Source of the DNA: Limisphaerales bacterium
Lineage (GTDB): Bacteria; Verrucomicrobiota; Verrucomicrobiia; Limisphaerales; SIBE01
Direction of reading: 5' to 3'
DNA length: 44,196 nucleotides
Assembly: GCA_044225505.1 (NCBI GenBank)
Contig: JBGAIN010000057.1
Location: 1 to 44,196 of the forward strand
The notes below the pieces were generated by a model. It had not been told where the DNA came from. It searched no databases and saw only the letters and a list, made by a program, of their open reading frames with translations. Within the stretch, counting starts at the first letter, position 1; every line of letters begins with the position of its first letter. A program made the position numbers and the translations under genes. Shown here one piece after another: positions 10,698 through 19,481 of the stretch.

Positions 10698-10833
10698 TGG
10701 CCGCGCCTGTTGCCACGCCGCTTCCGTTCACTCGATTCAAGCTTCCGCCATGGAAGCGGGCGAGACGAGCGAGCGACCGTAGCCGGACTGGGCCTACGCG
10801 GTGCCAGGCCAAAGTCGCCTATAATCGAAGGAG

Positions 10834-11551
10834 CTATCGGCCTACGGCCAAACGTTCGGCCAGGCGTTCGGGCAGTCCCGCCGCGCGGATCTTGGCCTGA
10901 GCGCCGGCGATATCGTAATCCAACCGCCGTATTTCAATGAGCCCTTCGTCGAGGTCGTAGGTCACATACGCCGCTTTGGGATTGCCGTCCCGTGCGGTTG
11001 CCCGACGCTTCCCACATTGATGAAATACTTACGGCCCGGTTCCACCTTGAATTTGGAGTAGGTTCCTCCCCGCACCACGGTATCGCGAATAAACGCCACC
11101 GGAACGTGGGTATGCCCAAAGAAACACACTGTTGTGTTCTGATAGGTGAAGCTGGCGGCGGCGGCGAGCCGATCAAAGACGTAACCCCAACGCTGTGGGC
11201 CATCGAGCGTGGCATGGACGATTGAGAAGCTCTGCGACGAGTCGCACTTTAGATCACGCAACCATTGGCGATCCTCACAACTGGTCGTCGCGTCCAATTG
11301 ACCGCTTCCGCTGCGTGCGGATTGAAACCCTCCAAGTTCGTCTCGATCGAGCAATACTCGTCATGGTTGCCTTTGACACAGGGCATCCCCATGCTTCTGA
11401 CAATGTCGAGGCATTCTTTAGGATTGGCGTTGTAACCGACAACGTCGCCTAGGCAGGCGTAGTGGGTGCATTTCTGCGTTTTGATGTCCTCCAGGACCAC
11501 CTGTAGGGCTTCCAGATTCGCGTGTATATCCGCAATGATCGCGTACTTCAT
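10834..11551 (-). pseudogene. Metallophosphoesterase (YfcE-like calcineurin fold) split by indels, probably assembly errors
   Basis: Frame 1 has DIHAN, GDVVGY, GNHD. Frame 2 has VHATLD, FGHTH, NVGSVGQP. Frame 3 has RDGNPKAAY...RRLDYD...GLPERLAERLAVGR and stops at 10834. Breaks fall at about 11240-11290 and about 10993. Confidence 0.85.
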
Positions 11552-11569
11552 CTCTCCAGTTGCGGAAAA

Positions 11570-11848
11570 TTACCCGACAATGGTAAATCCGCGAAATTGA
11601 TTTCGTGCCTCGCTCCAGCTGGTTTGTTCATGAGTGATCAATCCGCCAACGCCGGAGTCCCGGATGGCTTGCTGAAATGCCCTGAGTTCATCTTTCGCGC
11701 CTTCGGCCACCAATTCTACTCTCCCGTCAGGGAGATTGCGAACCGTCCCAGTCACCTCAAAACCCGGCACGAGCGATTTCACGGTGTAGCGAAAACCGAC
11801 ACCTTGCACATGTCCGCTATACAAAACCTGTAAACGCTCCCGCTCCAT
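11570..11848 (-). CDS. acyP: Acylphosphatase
   Basis: SGHVQGVGFR and GTVRNLPDGRVE signatures; ATG at 11848. Confidence 0.95.
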   Translation of the reverse strand: MERERLQVLYSGHVQGVGFRYTVKSLVPGFEVTGTVRNLPDGRVELVAEGAKDELRAFQQAIRDSGVGGLITHEQTSWSEARNQFRGFTIVG

Positions 11849-12054
11849 AGTTTTAGCGCGGGCGACCTCCATTCTGCCGTCGAACAGCCGAATAGCAATC
11901 TGTGACTTTGTGGTGCTGCACCGCGCGCGATCACAAGGGCATAAAGCCACAATCTCGCTGTACAAAGCAACGATTTTGTTTGCCACCCCCTTGGCTACCA
12001 ACCCGAAACAGGTTGGCACCGTGGATCCGAGCTCATGCCTTTTCGGTGGTTCGA

Positions 12055-12852
12055 TCACGAACTCGCCGAGGTGTAACGTCGCAAAGCAAAGCGCCAAACG
12101 GCTTCCGAGATGGCGAAGCAAACTGTGCTCAGGGCGACGAGGAGAAACATCTCCATGGGCGACTCCAACTTTCGAGCCAGGAGTTTGGCGGGCACGTTCG
12201 CTACCAGGAGGATCGGCAGAACGTAGGTGAACAAAACCTTAAACAGACCGCGAAAGGCCGCATCGGGCATGCGAGCGATGTTGAACAAGTTGTAATACCC
12301 CCAAACCACTCCTTGACCACGCACGGTCCAAAAGCTCGACGTCGCGAGGATCAGCATCAGTGAGTAATGCACCAGAACACTGGACACGGTCAGGATCAGA
12401 AACCCGATCCATTGCCCGACCGAAATTGTCAAATCGAGCTGTCGGGCCGCGTAAACCATCACGGCGACAGCCGAAGCCGCGTTTACAAACCCTCCCAGGT
12501 CGACCTGCCGAAACGAGATAAGGAACCGGGTGTTGACCGGGAGAAGCAGCATAAAATCCAGTTTCCCCGTGCGGATGAATTCGGACAGATTCGTAACGTT
12601 CGTCAGAAATATCGCTGTAAACGTTTGCTGGATGAAATGGCTTGCGCCCACCAAGAGCACGACTTCCCACTTGGTCCAGGTCGCAATATGGTCCGTGTGG
12701 CGGTAAATCACCGTCATAAATCCCAACTGGAGCCCAAACCAAAGCATCTCCACCACAATCCAGAGGAGAAAGTTGGCTTTAAACCCCATCTCGCGCACGA
12801 TGGAATTCCTCCACAAAGCCGCGTAAATCGTGAGGTATTTGGCAATCTGCAT
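12055..12852 (-). CDS. ABC-2 family permease (DUF990-like)
   Basis: Six hydrophobic segments; FIRTGKLDFMLLLP motif; start at ATG 12852 (MQIAKY). Confidence 0.88.
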   Translation of the reverse strand: MQIAKYLTIYAALWRNSIVREMGFKANFLLWIVVEMLWFGLQLGFMTVIYRHTDHIATWTKWEVVLLVGASHFIQQTFTAIFLTNVTNLSEFIRTGKLDFMLLLPVNTRFLISFRQVDLGGFVNAASAVAVMVYAARQLDLTISVGQWIGFLILTVSSVLVHYSLMLILATSSFWTVRGQGVVWGYYNLFNIARMPDAAFRGLFKVLFTYVLPILLVANVPAKLLARKLESPMEMFLLVALSTVCFAISEAVWRFALRRYTSASS

Positions 12853-13050
12853 CGGGCTCGCCGCTGCGGCGACGGCCAGAGCATGGCATGCCATCCGGAG
12901 GAGGTAAAGGATCAGGGGCTGAGTCAGGCATCAAGGTCCGCCTTGAGTCGGTGGTGTGCGAAAGTGCCCTCGATCTATGAAAATGGATTAGAGTGCAATA
13001 GCTATGAACGCCAATGGTTTACACTGCGAAATAGCACCTTTGGTTTGTGC

Positions 13051-13067
13051 CGTCCGCAATTTGCGGA
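13051..13067. repeat. Palindrome A (CGTCCGCAATTTGCGGA), identical to 23560-23576
   Basis: 17-bp exact match between two intergenic regions; both copies have CTGTC a few bases downstream. Confidence 0.75.
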
Positions 13068-13217
13068 AACGGGTCTGTCAACACTCTCCGGGGGGATTGG
13101 TGGAAATCCATAACTGCCTGAGGTGCAGTCAGCTTTCCAGGGAGTCGGCAAGGCGCCGCACTCGCCTTTACCTTGCGCGAGAGAAAGCCTCGCGGTTAGT
13201 CCGGACAGGAGTGAGGA

Positions 13218-13237
13218 ATGAGAGCAATTTGCTCCTG
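13218..13237. repeat. Palindrome C (ATGAGAGCAATTTGCTCCTG), inverted copy at 38495-38514
   Basis: 19/20 identity to the reverse complement of 38495-38514; only the central base differs. Confidence 0.75.
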
Positions 13238-13327
13238 AATCGAGCCCTGAGTTCCCATCCCGGGGGCGAGGAATAGGGTTGGCGAAGGCCGCGCCCAGTC
13301 CCTCCCGTGCGATAGCTGATACCGGAC

Positions 13328-13430
13328 TAAACAAGAATGCGACTCTCCCAAGGGAGAGTCGCACAGTGTGCCTGAGACCAACAACAGGTTGATCCCATAG
13401 TATAAAACAAAACTGAGATCGGATTGGTAA
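13328..13430 (-). ncRNA. Putative small RNA, copy 1 (hairpin - GGCACACUG linker - intrinsic terminator)
   Basis: Core 13336-13397: TGGGATCAAC-CTGTT-GTTGGTCTCA GGCACACTG TGCGACTCTCC-CTTG-GGAGAGTCGCA, then TTCTTGTTT. The 5' end is uncertain. Confidence 0.6.
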
Positions 13431-13450
13431 TCGCGGATCGGGTCGGTGGG

Positions 13451-13557
13451 ACAAAAAGAAAAATGCGACTCCCCATCGGGAGAGTCGCACAGTGTGCCTG
13501 AGATCAACAACAGGTTGATCCCACTTACTTAAAACAATTGAGCAATCCAACTGGTAA
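13451..13557 (-). ncRNA. Putative small RNA, copy 2 (sibling of copy 1, 126-bp period)
   Basis: Core 13462-13523, 57/62 identical to copy 1: TGGGATCAAC-CTGTT-GTTGATCTCA GGCACACTG TGCGACTCTCC-CGAT-GGGGAGTCGCA, then TTTTTCTTTTT. Confidence 0.62.
13452..13489 (-). terminator. Rho-independent terminator (copy 2); equivalent at about 13329-13363
   Basis: 11-bp GC-rich stem followed directly by a U-rich tract on the minus strand. Confidence 0.75.
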
Positions 13558-13676
13558 CCATCGATCGAAACAACCTGCCAGTTCAGGAAACGGAGCGCAC
13601 CGAGGCACCCATCCTAACGGAATGCACTGGGCCGAGTTGCATCTTGTTCACTTGACGCCATAGTAGAGCAACGGAA

Positions 13677-15662
13677 ATGGAGTCCAAGGACGCTCAAGGA
13701 GATTTACGCCCCAGTTCGCTGCCTTTAACGGGGCACCTTGAAATTCCAAAACGCCGGTTGCCCGTCGGAGCGGAGATCACAGAGTCAGGAAAGGCCCATT
13801 TTCGTGTCTGGGCGCCTCAGACCAAGACTGTGGCCGTGATTTGCGCGGCCAGTGTCGCAGAGTTGCAGAACGCCCGCCCCGTGCCCCTGGAGCGTGAGGA
13901 AAATGGCTATTTCTCGGGTTTTATTGCTGAGGGAAAGGCGGGAGCGCTTTACAAGTTTTGCTTGGATCGAGGCTGCTTTCCAGATCCGGCATCCCGGTTT
14001 CAGCCCGAGGGACCGCATGGTCCTTCTCAAGTGATCGATCCGAGCCGGTTCCAGTGGAGTGACCAGCGGTGGAACGGTGTCGCCAGCCGCAGCAATGTCA
14101 TCTACGAGATGCATATTGGAACTTTCACCCAGGAAGGGACTTGGAGAGCGGCGATGGCACAGTTACCGCATTTGGCGGATTTGGGGCTGACCCTGCTCGA
14201 GTTGATGCCGGTGGCTGAGTTTCCTGGGCGATTCGGATGGGGCTATGATGGAGTCGATCTCTTCGCGCCGACCCATCTGTATGGGAGCCCGGACGATTTC
14301 CGGCAGTTTGTCGATGAGGCGCATCGCGTGGGTTTGGGAGTCATCCTGGACGTGGTTTACAATCATTTCGGACCGGATGGGAACTATTTGAAGGAGTTTG
14401 CCGAAGCTTACTTTACCGACCGCTACAAGAACGAATGGGGAGAGGCGATCAATTTTGACGGGGCGGACGCAGCCCCAGTTCGCGAGTTCTTCATTGCCAA
14501 CGCCGGTTATTGGATAGACGAGTTTCACTTGGACGGCCTGCGCCTGGACGCAACGCAGCAGATTTTTGATAGATCCCCTGAAAATGTCATGCTGCTGATG
14601 ACGAGGCAGGTGCAGAACGCAGCGAAAGGCCGCCAAACTTACATTGTAGCGGAGAACGAACCTCAGGAAACCCGGTTGGTGCGGTCGGTGGAATCTGGAG
14701 GCTACGGGATGGACGCGCTGTGGAATGACGATTTCCATCACGAAGCCATCGTCGCGGTCACGGGACGGGCGGAGGCGTACTATTCGGATTACCGAGGTAC
14801 ACCGCAAGAGTTCATCTCAGCTCTAAAATATGGCTACCTATTTCAAGGCCAGCGATATCGGTGGCAACAAAAACGACGTGGATCTCCCGCACTGGATTTA
14901 GAGCCGTGGAAGTTCGTTAATTACATTCAGAACCACGATCAAGTGGCCAACTCCCTGCGCGGTGCTCGGTTGCACGCGATCGCTGGTCCAGGCCAGTTCC
15001 GGGCTCTCACAGCCCTCTTATTGCTTGGCCCGGGATCCCCTATGCTTTTCCAGGGGCAGGAGTTTGGAGCGTCGCAGCCATTCTTCTATTTCGCGGATCA
15101 CAATCCGGAACTCGCCAAACGGGTCGCGAAAGGGCGCAAAGAATTCCTCGCCCAATTCCGCACCATTGCTGGCGGCGCGTGCGAGCATGTCCTGGCTAAC
15201 CCGGAATCCGAAGAGACATTTCGCCGCTGCAAGTTGGACTTTACCGAGCGGCACACCCATGCCGAGATCTACGCTTTGCATCGGGATTTGCTCCACTGGC
15301 GAAAGAACGATCCAGTCTTGGGTAACCCTCGGCGTGGGGGTATGGACGGGGCTGTCCTGGGAGCGGAAGCGTTTGTCCTCCGCTACTTTGGCGCTGCGGG
15401 TAGCGATCGACTCCTCCTGGTCAACTTCGGGGTCGACCTCGAATTGGACCCGGCACCTGAGCCGCTCCTGGCTCCTTTGCGTGATCGAGCGTGGCGCGTG
15501 GTGTGGTCGACGGAAGATCCGGCTTACGGCGGCTGTGGCATGCCTCCGTTAGAGAGCGATGGACGCTGGTGGCTGCCTGGCCACGCGGCTGTCCTGCTGG
15601 AGCCTGGGATAATCTTGGAACAAGTTCATGGAGAAAATCATCCGTCGAATCAATCTGACTAA
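13677..15662 (+). CDS. treZ: Malto-oligosyltrehalose trehalohydrolase (GH13)
   Basis: FRVWAP, PDPASRFQPEGPHGPS, YEMHIGTFT, WGYDGV, DVVYNHFGP, GLRLDAT, AENE, WNDDFHH, QNHDQ. Confidence 0.92.
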   Translation: MESKDAQGDLRPSSLPLTGHLEIPKRRLPVGAEITESGKAHFRVWAPQTKTVAVICAASVAELQNARPVPLEREENGYFSGFIAEGKAGALYKFCLDRGCFPDPASRFQPEGPHGPSQVIDPSRFQWSDQRWNGVASRSNVIYEMHIGTFTQEGTWRAAMAQLPHLADLGLTLLELMPVAEFPGRFGWGYDGVDLFAPTHLYGSPDDFRQFVDEAHRVGLGVILDVVYNHFGPDGNYLKEFAEAYFTDRYKNEWGEAINFDGADAAPVREFFIANAGYWIDEFHLDGLRLDATQQIFDRSPENVMLLMTRQVQNAAKGRQTYIVAENEPQETRLVRSVESGGYGMDALWNDDFHHEAIVAVTGRAEAYYSDYRGTPQEFISALKYGYLFQGQRYRWQQKRRGSPALDLEPWKFVNYIQNHDQVANSLRGARLHAIAGPGQFRALTALLLLGPGSPMLFQGQEFGASQPFFYFADHNPELAKRVAKGRKEFLAQFRTIAGGACEHVLANPESEETFRRCKLDFTERHTHAEIYALHRDLLHWRKNDPVLGNPRRGGMDGAVLGAEAFVLRYFGAAGSDRLLLVNFGVDLELDPAPEPLLAPLRDRAWRVVWSTEDPAYGGCGMPPLESDGRWWLPGHAAVLLEPGIILEQVHGENHPSNQSD

Positions 15663-17670
15663 CGCAGCGGGAGATATTGCTCGCCGCTTGCTTCGCCAGG
15701 AATGGCTCGTGACGAACGGTCTTGGGGGGTACGCTTCCGGAACCATTTCTGGCACAGTCACCTGGCGGTATCATGGACTGCTTATTGCCGCACTGCCCGC
15801 TCCTCTTGGCCGCGTCGTGATGTTCAATCATTTGGCCGAGTATCTGCGCTTTCCAGGCGGGCGCCTCGTGCAGATTGGTGGAGAAGAACCTAGCCAACCG
15901 GAGGATTCTGCGGCTCCTGGAACGTATCTAACGGAATTCCGACTCGAAAACCAGCTGCCGGTCTGGCGCTTTGAGATGGAGGGTATTGTTTTGGAGAAGT
16001 ATCTGGTGCTTCTGCACGGACAAAACACCGTCCACATCGGTTACCGGTTGCTTTCGTCCCAAGAGAGAGTGCGATTGGAGCTGCGACCATCGCTCCATTT
16101 CCGAGGGCATGAACGCTCGGTCAGCGAGAGTCTCCAGAGCGACTATTTGCTGAGCGCCCATGGAAATCGCTTTGAGATCCAGGCTGGCAGCACCCTCCCT
16201 ATCTTGCGCCTCTACCTTCGAGGGGAGCGCACGAACTTCACTTACGAAGCGGGCTCAAAACGAGAGATTTACTACGAGAAGGATGCGGAGCGCGGATATG
16301 AGTCCCGTGGCCTTCTCTGGAGTCCCGGATATTTTGGCTTGGACCTGACGCCGCTCAACCCTGCGACCTTGATCGGGTCCACGGAACTCTGGGGCACAGC
16401 CTTGGCCCTCAGCCCGGAGGAAGCTCTGCGCTTTTACCACGAACGGCGGCTTCGTCTGATTTCCATTGCTGACCCTCATGCGATGGCCTCGCCTGGGGCC
16501 GATTTAGTCCTGGCGGCGGACCAGTTTATTATTAATCCGGTGGGTCGCGTTCCGGACGCTGCTCGCGCTTTGGCGGCAGGCGACGAGATTCGTACTGTCA
16601 TTGCTGGGTACCACTGGTTTACGGACTGGGGAAGGGACACGATGATCAGCTTGGAAGGGTTGACGCTGACGACGCGGCGCTTTGCGGAAGCCGGTTGGAT
16701 CTTACGAACGTTTGCGCACTATATCCGCGACGGCTTGATCCCCAACATGTTCCCGGAAGGGGAGAATCGAGGCCTGTATCACACAGCCGATGCCACCCTT
16801 TGGTTCTTCCATGCGCTCTCCCGCTACGTGGCCTACACCGGAGATCGGACGACCCTGCGCCAGATTTTGCCTAAGCTCCAAGACATTGTCGCCCGTCATA
16901 TCCAGGGGACCGAGTTTGGCATTCGCGTCGACCCGAGCGATAGCCTGTTGAACCAGGGTGCTGCGGGCTATCAGTTGACTTGGATGGACGCCAAGGTGGA
17001 CGATTGGGTGGTCACCCCAAGGCGCGGCAAGGCCGTGGAGATCAATGCATTATGGTTTAACGCACTTTGCTTGCTGGAGGGCTGGCTACGGGAAGAACAA
17101 AATGAAACCGCTGCCCAACCGATCGCCAAACTCGCCCGGCGCGTTCGCGAATCGTTTAACCGTCGCTTTTGGAACCCGGAATTCAACTGTCTCTACGACG
17201 TCGTTGACGCGGAAAGCGGCGGCAACGACGCTGCGTGCCGTCCGAATCAGATCTTTGCGGTCTCGCTTCCTCATTCTGTCTTGGACGAAGTGCGTTGGAA
17301 GCCTGTTTTAGAGATCGTGCAGCGGCAGTTATTAACGCCGGTGGGGCTGCGTTCGCTAAGTCAGGATCACCCGCAATTCAAGGCTAAATACTTTGGCGAT
17401 TTGCGTTCCCGAGACGCCGCTTACCATCAGGGAACGGTTTGGGGGTGGCTGATTGGCCCGTTTGTCGATGCCTGGCTCAAAGTCCACCCTGGCGATACCC
17501 AGGGCGCTCGCGAGTTTTTACGTGGGTTCGAGCCGCATTTAGACCGGGCTTGTGTCGGATCGATCAGCGAGGTTTTCGACGCGGAAGCTCCGTTTACAGC
17601 CCGTGGTTGCATTGCCCAAGCATGGAGCGTGGCGGAGGTCCTCCGGGTCTGGGTCAAGACCGCGGAGTAG
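15628..17670 (+). CDS. Glycogen debranching enzyme / amylo-alpha-1,6-glucosidase (GH133-like)
   Basis: EWLVTNGLGGYASG, IAGYHWFTDWGRDTMI, TWMDAK, RPNQ, YHQGTVW, QAWSVAE. Overlaps the treZ end by 35 bp. Confidence 0.93.
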   Translation: MEKIIRRINLTNAAGDIARRLLRQEWLVTNGLGGYASGTISGTVTWRYHGLLIAALPAPLGRVVMFNHLAEYLRFPGGRLVQIGGEEPSQPEDSAAPGTYLTEFRLENQLPVWRFEMEGIVLEKYLVLLHGQNTVHIGYRLLSSQERVRLELRPSLHFRGHERSVSESLQSDYLLSAHGNRFEIQAGSTLPILRLYLRGERTNFTYEAGSKREIYYEKDAERGYESRGLLWSPGYFGLDLTPLNPATLIGSTELWGTALALSPEEALRFYHERRLRLISIADPHAMASPGADLVLAADQFIINPVGRVPDAARALAAGDEIRTVIAGYHWFTDWGRDTMISLEGLTLTTRRFAEAGWILRTFAHYIRDGLIPNMFPEGENRGLYHTADATLWFFHALSRYVAYTGDRTTLRQILPKLQDIVARHIQGTEFGIRVDPSDSLLNQGAAGYQLTWMDAKVDDWVVTPRRGKAVEINALWFNALCLLEGWLREEQNETAAQPIAKLARRVRESFNRRFWNPEFNCLYDVVDAESGGNDAACRPNQIFAVSLPHSVLDEVRWKPVLEIVQRQLLTPVGLRSLSQDHPQFKAKYFGDLRSRDAAYHQGTVWGWLIGPFVDAWLKVHPGDTQGAREFLRGFEPHLDRACVGSISEVFDAEAPFTARGCIAQAWSVAEVLRVWVKTAE

Positions 17671-17773
17671 GCCGGCTCAGTCAACCGTCTCCGGCGGACT
17701 CGGTTGAATTACATTGCCTTCTGACTTGCACCTGATATTTCTCCGGAAGAGTAGTGGTCTTCGATCAAAAGCT

Positions 17774-18454
17774 ATGTTTCGGTCTTATCTTAGTGTGCTT
17801 TCAGTCGGTTTAGGGATGGTCGCTTCGTCAGCCGCGGACGTCGATCTTCTGGCTCGATCATTTCCCGATATTCACATCCCAGACGGTGAACCGAGCGGCC
17901 TTACCCTTTCTCTGGGGCAGGCACCGGGCCTCACGAGCTTGAATTCCGTCACCGTGACCCTCGCCCACGAGTGGCTCGGAGACCTCACCCTGAAACTGAT
18001 CTCGCCGACTGGCTCTGAGTTCACTTTGCTGGACCGCCCGGACGTGACGTCCGCGAAACCCGAGGGCTCGTCTGCGGTGCTCGGATCGTTCGTGTTCGAC
18101 ACCACAGGGCAGGGCGTCCTAACTCCTCAACCTTATCGCTTTGCCGAGAGTGGAAGTGATCTCCTGGCGGCCGCTCGGAACGCTGTCCAGACTCAGGCCG
18201 CTCCGATTCTTCCTACGGACCTGGCCTATGCGTCTCAATCTTGGAACGTCGGCCCGTTCCCAGCCGGAGAATGGCACCTCTATCTTTCCGATTCAGAGGA
18301 GCTTTCCCATGGCATTTTGAGCGGCGTCCAGATGAGCTATGCGCCCGTTCCCACGCCTGAGCCGAGGGTTTTGGCGCTCGGAGCTATAGCGGCCGGCGCG
18401 CTTCTCGCCGTTCGACGGCTGCACCGGAGGGGAACTCGGTCCGGTCGCCCCTAG
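17774..18454 (+). CDS. PEP-CTERM protein with a proprotein-convertase P-domain-like module
   Basis: Signal peptide; H.WLGDLTLKLISPTG and G.W.L...D P-domain pattern; C-terminal TPEPRVLALGAIAAGALLAVRRLHRR. Confidence 0.85.
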   Translation: MFRSYLSVLSVGLGMVASSAADVDLLARSFPDIHIPDGEPSGLTLSLGQAPGLTSLNSVTVTLAHEWLGDLTLKLISPTGSEFTLLDRPDVTSAKPEGSSAVLGSFVFDTTGQGVLTPQPYRFAESGSDLLAAARNAVQTQAAPILPTDLAYASQSWNVGPFPAGEWHLYLSDSEELSHGILSGVQMSYAPVPTPEPRVLALGAIAAGALLAVRRLHRRGTRSGRP

Positions 18455-18653
18455 TGTGATGACCGGCTAAGTCCTTATACTTTCGTTGCGGCTCGCCCAT
18501 GGTGCATTGGCGCGCAACGAAAGCCTACGGGATTCAGGGACAGCACACCAGTGTGCTCGATTTGGATTGCAAGTTCCTGCAGCAACGCTAGAATCGCAGG
18601 CAGACGGATGCACACACCAAGAACACCAAGCCGCCGAATGAACTGCATAATTC

Positions 18654-19172
18654 ATGTTGGCACTTCCCCATCGGTTGATCGTGTCCTTGGCTGAGGATGA
18701 CCCCAACACTATTTCCCTAATTCAGCAAGGTTTGGAACAGCTGGAAGCTATCCAGAAGCTTCTCGTCGTTCCCGACGCTGAACAAGCGATCGCCTACCTC
18801 CAAGGAAGAGGGAGATACGCAGATCGTGCCGCTTGGCCGTTGCCTGGCGTCCTGATCCTCGACCGAGCTATTCGGTCCATGCGAGCCATTGATGTGCTCC
18901 GTTGGCTCCGTCGCGAACCGAAGCTCGCGACGATCCCGGTGGTTATCCTGGGGGATCCGATTCCCATGGCCGAGGTGCACATATTAAGCCGTTTTCGTGC
19001 CGCATCTTGCGCGAAGAGTGGCGACGGCGCTCAGTTCCTCGAGGGGCTCCATCGAGCGATTGTGACGGCATTGAGTCTGGTCCGACAGTCGTGGTTTGGT
19101 TCCCGAGCGGCCTATGGGGAACCGGAATCGGCGGCGTTAGCCCAAGGCGACTCGATCCGTGTTTGGACTTAA
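18654..19172 (+). CDS. Single-domain response regulator (Rcp1-like, degenerate)
   Basis: LAEDD, AIAYLQGRGRYADRAAWPLP, LILD phosphoacceptor, IPVVIL. Confidence 0.8.
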   Translation: MLALPHRLIVSLAEDDPNTISLIQQGLEQLEAIQKLLVVPDAEQAIAYLQGRGRYADRAAWPLPGVLILDRAIRSMRAIDVLRWLRREPKLATIPVVILGDPIPMAEVHILSRFRAASCAKSGDGAQFLEGLHRAIVTALSLVRQSWFGSRAAYGEPESAALAQGDSIRVWT

Positions 19173-19390
19173 GACGCACACTTGAAGAAACAAAGCCCGG
19201 CCCCCACGGCGAACGACGCGAGGCGAAGAGCGACCAGACATGCGTGTTCGTCTCGCTTGGGTGGCTTGGCGCAATTCGACGAATGCCTCTCGAGACGTCG
19301 GCGGGCGAGGTGTCTAGGAGGCCTTTAAACTTCGCTGAGTTAAAGATTTAGACCCGTTCTGAGCGCCCCACTTGCCGTCGTTATTCGCTT

Positions 19391-19481
19391 CTAACAGTGA
19401 AATGACATGGAGATATCCCGGAGATAACACGGATGCCACCCGAGTTAAATCCGTGTTATATCCGTGTTATTTCCCTGTTAT
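19391..19481. repeat. Inverted array of 11-bp units (consensus ATAACACGGAT)
   Basis: Left: CTAACAGTGAA, ATGACATGGAG, ATATCCCGGAG, ATAACACGGAT (19391-19434). 14-bp spacer. Right: ATCCGTGTTAT x2, TTCCCTGTTAT (19449-19481). Confidence 0.8.

Noticed and set aside
13336..13523. CRISPR array interpretation of the 126-bp-period repeat
   Set aside because: Only two units, a 62-bp repeat containing a terminator, partly similar inter-repeat sequence, and no cas genes in the window.
13002..13550. 182-aa and 104-aa minus-strand ORFs with an internal repeat
   Set aside because: They only translate the RNA repeat, run through two terminators and have no protein-like features.
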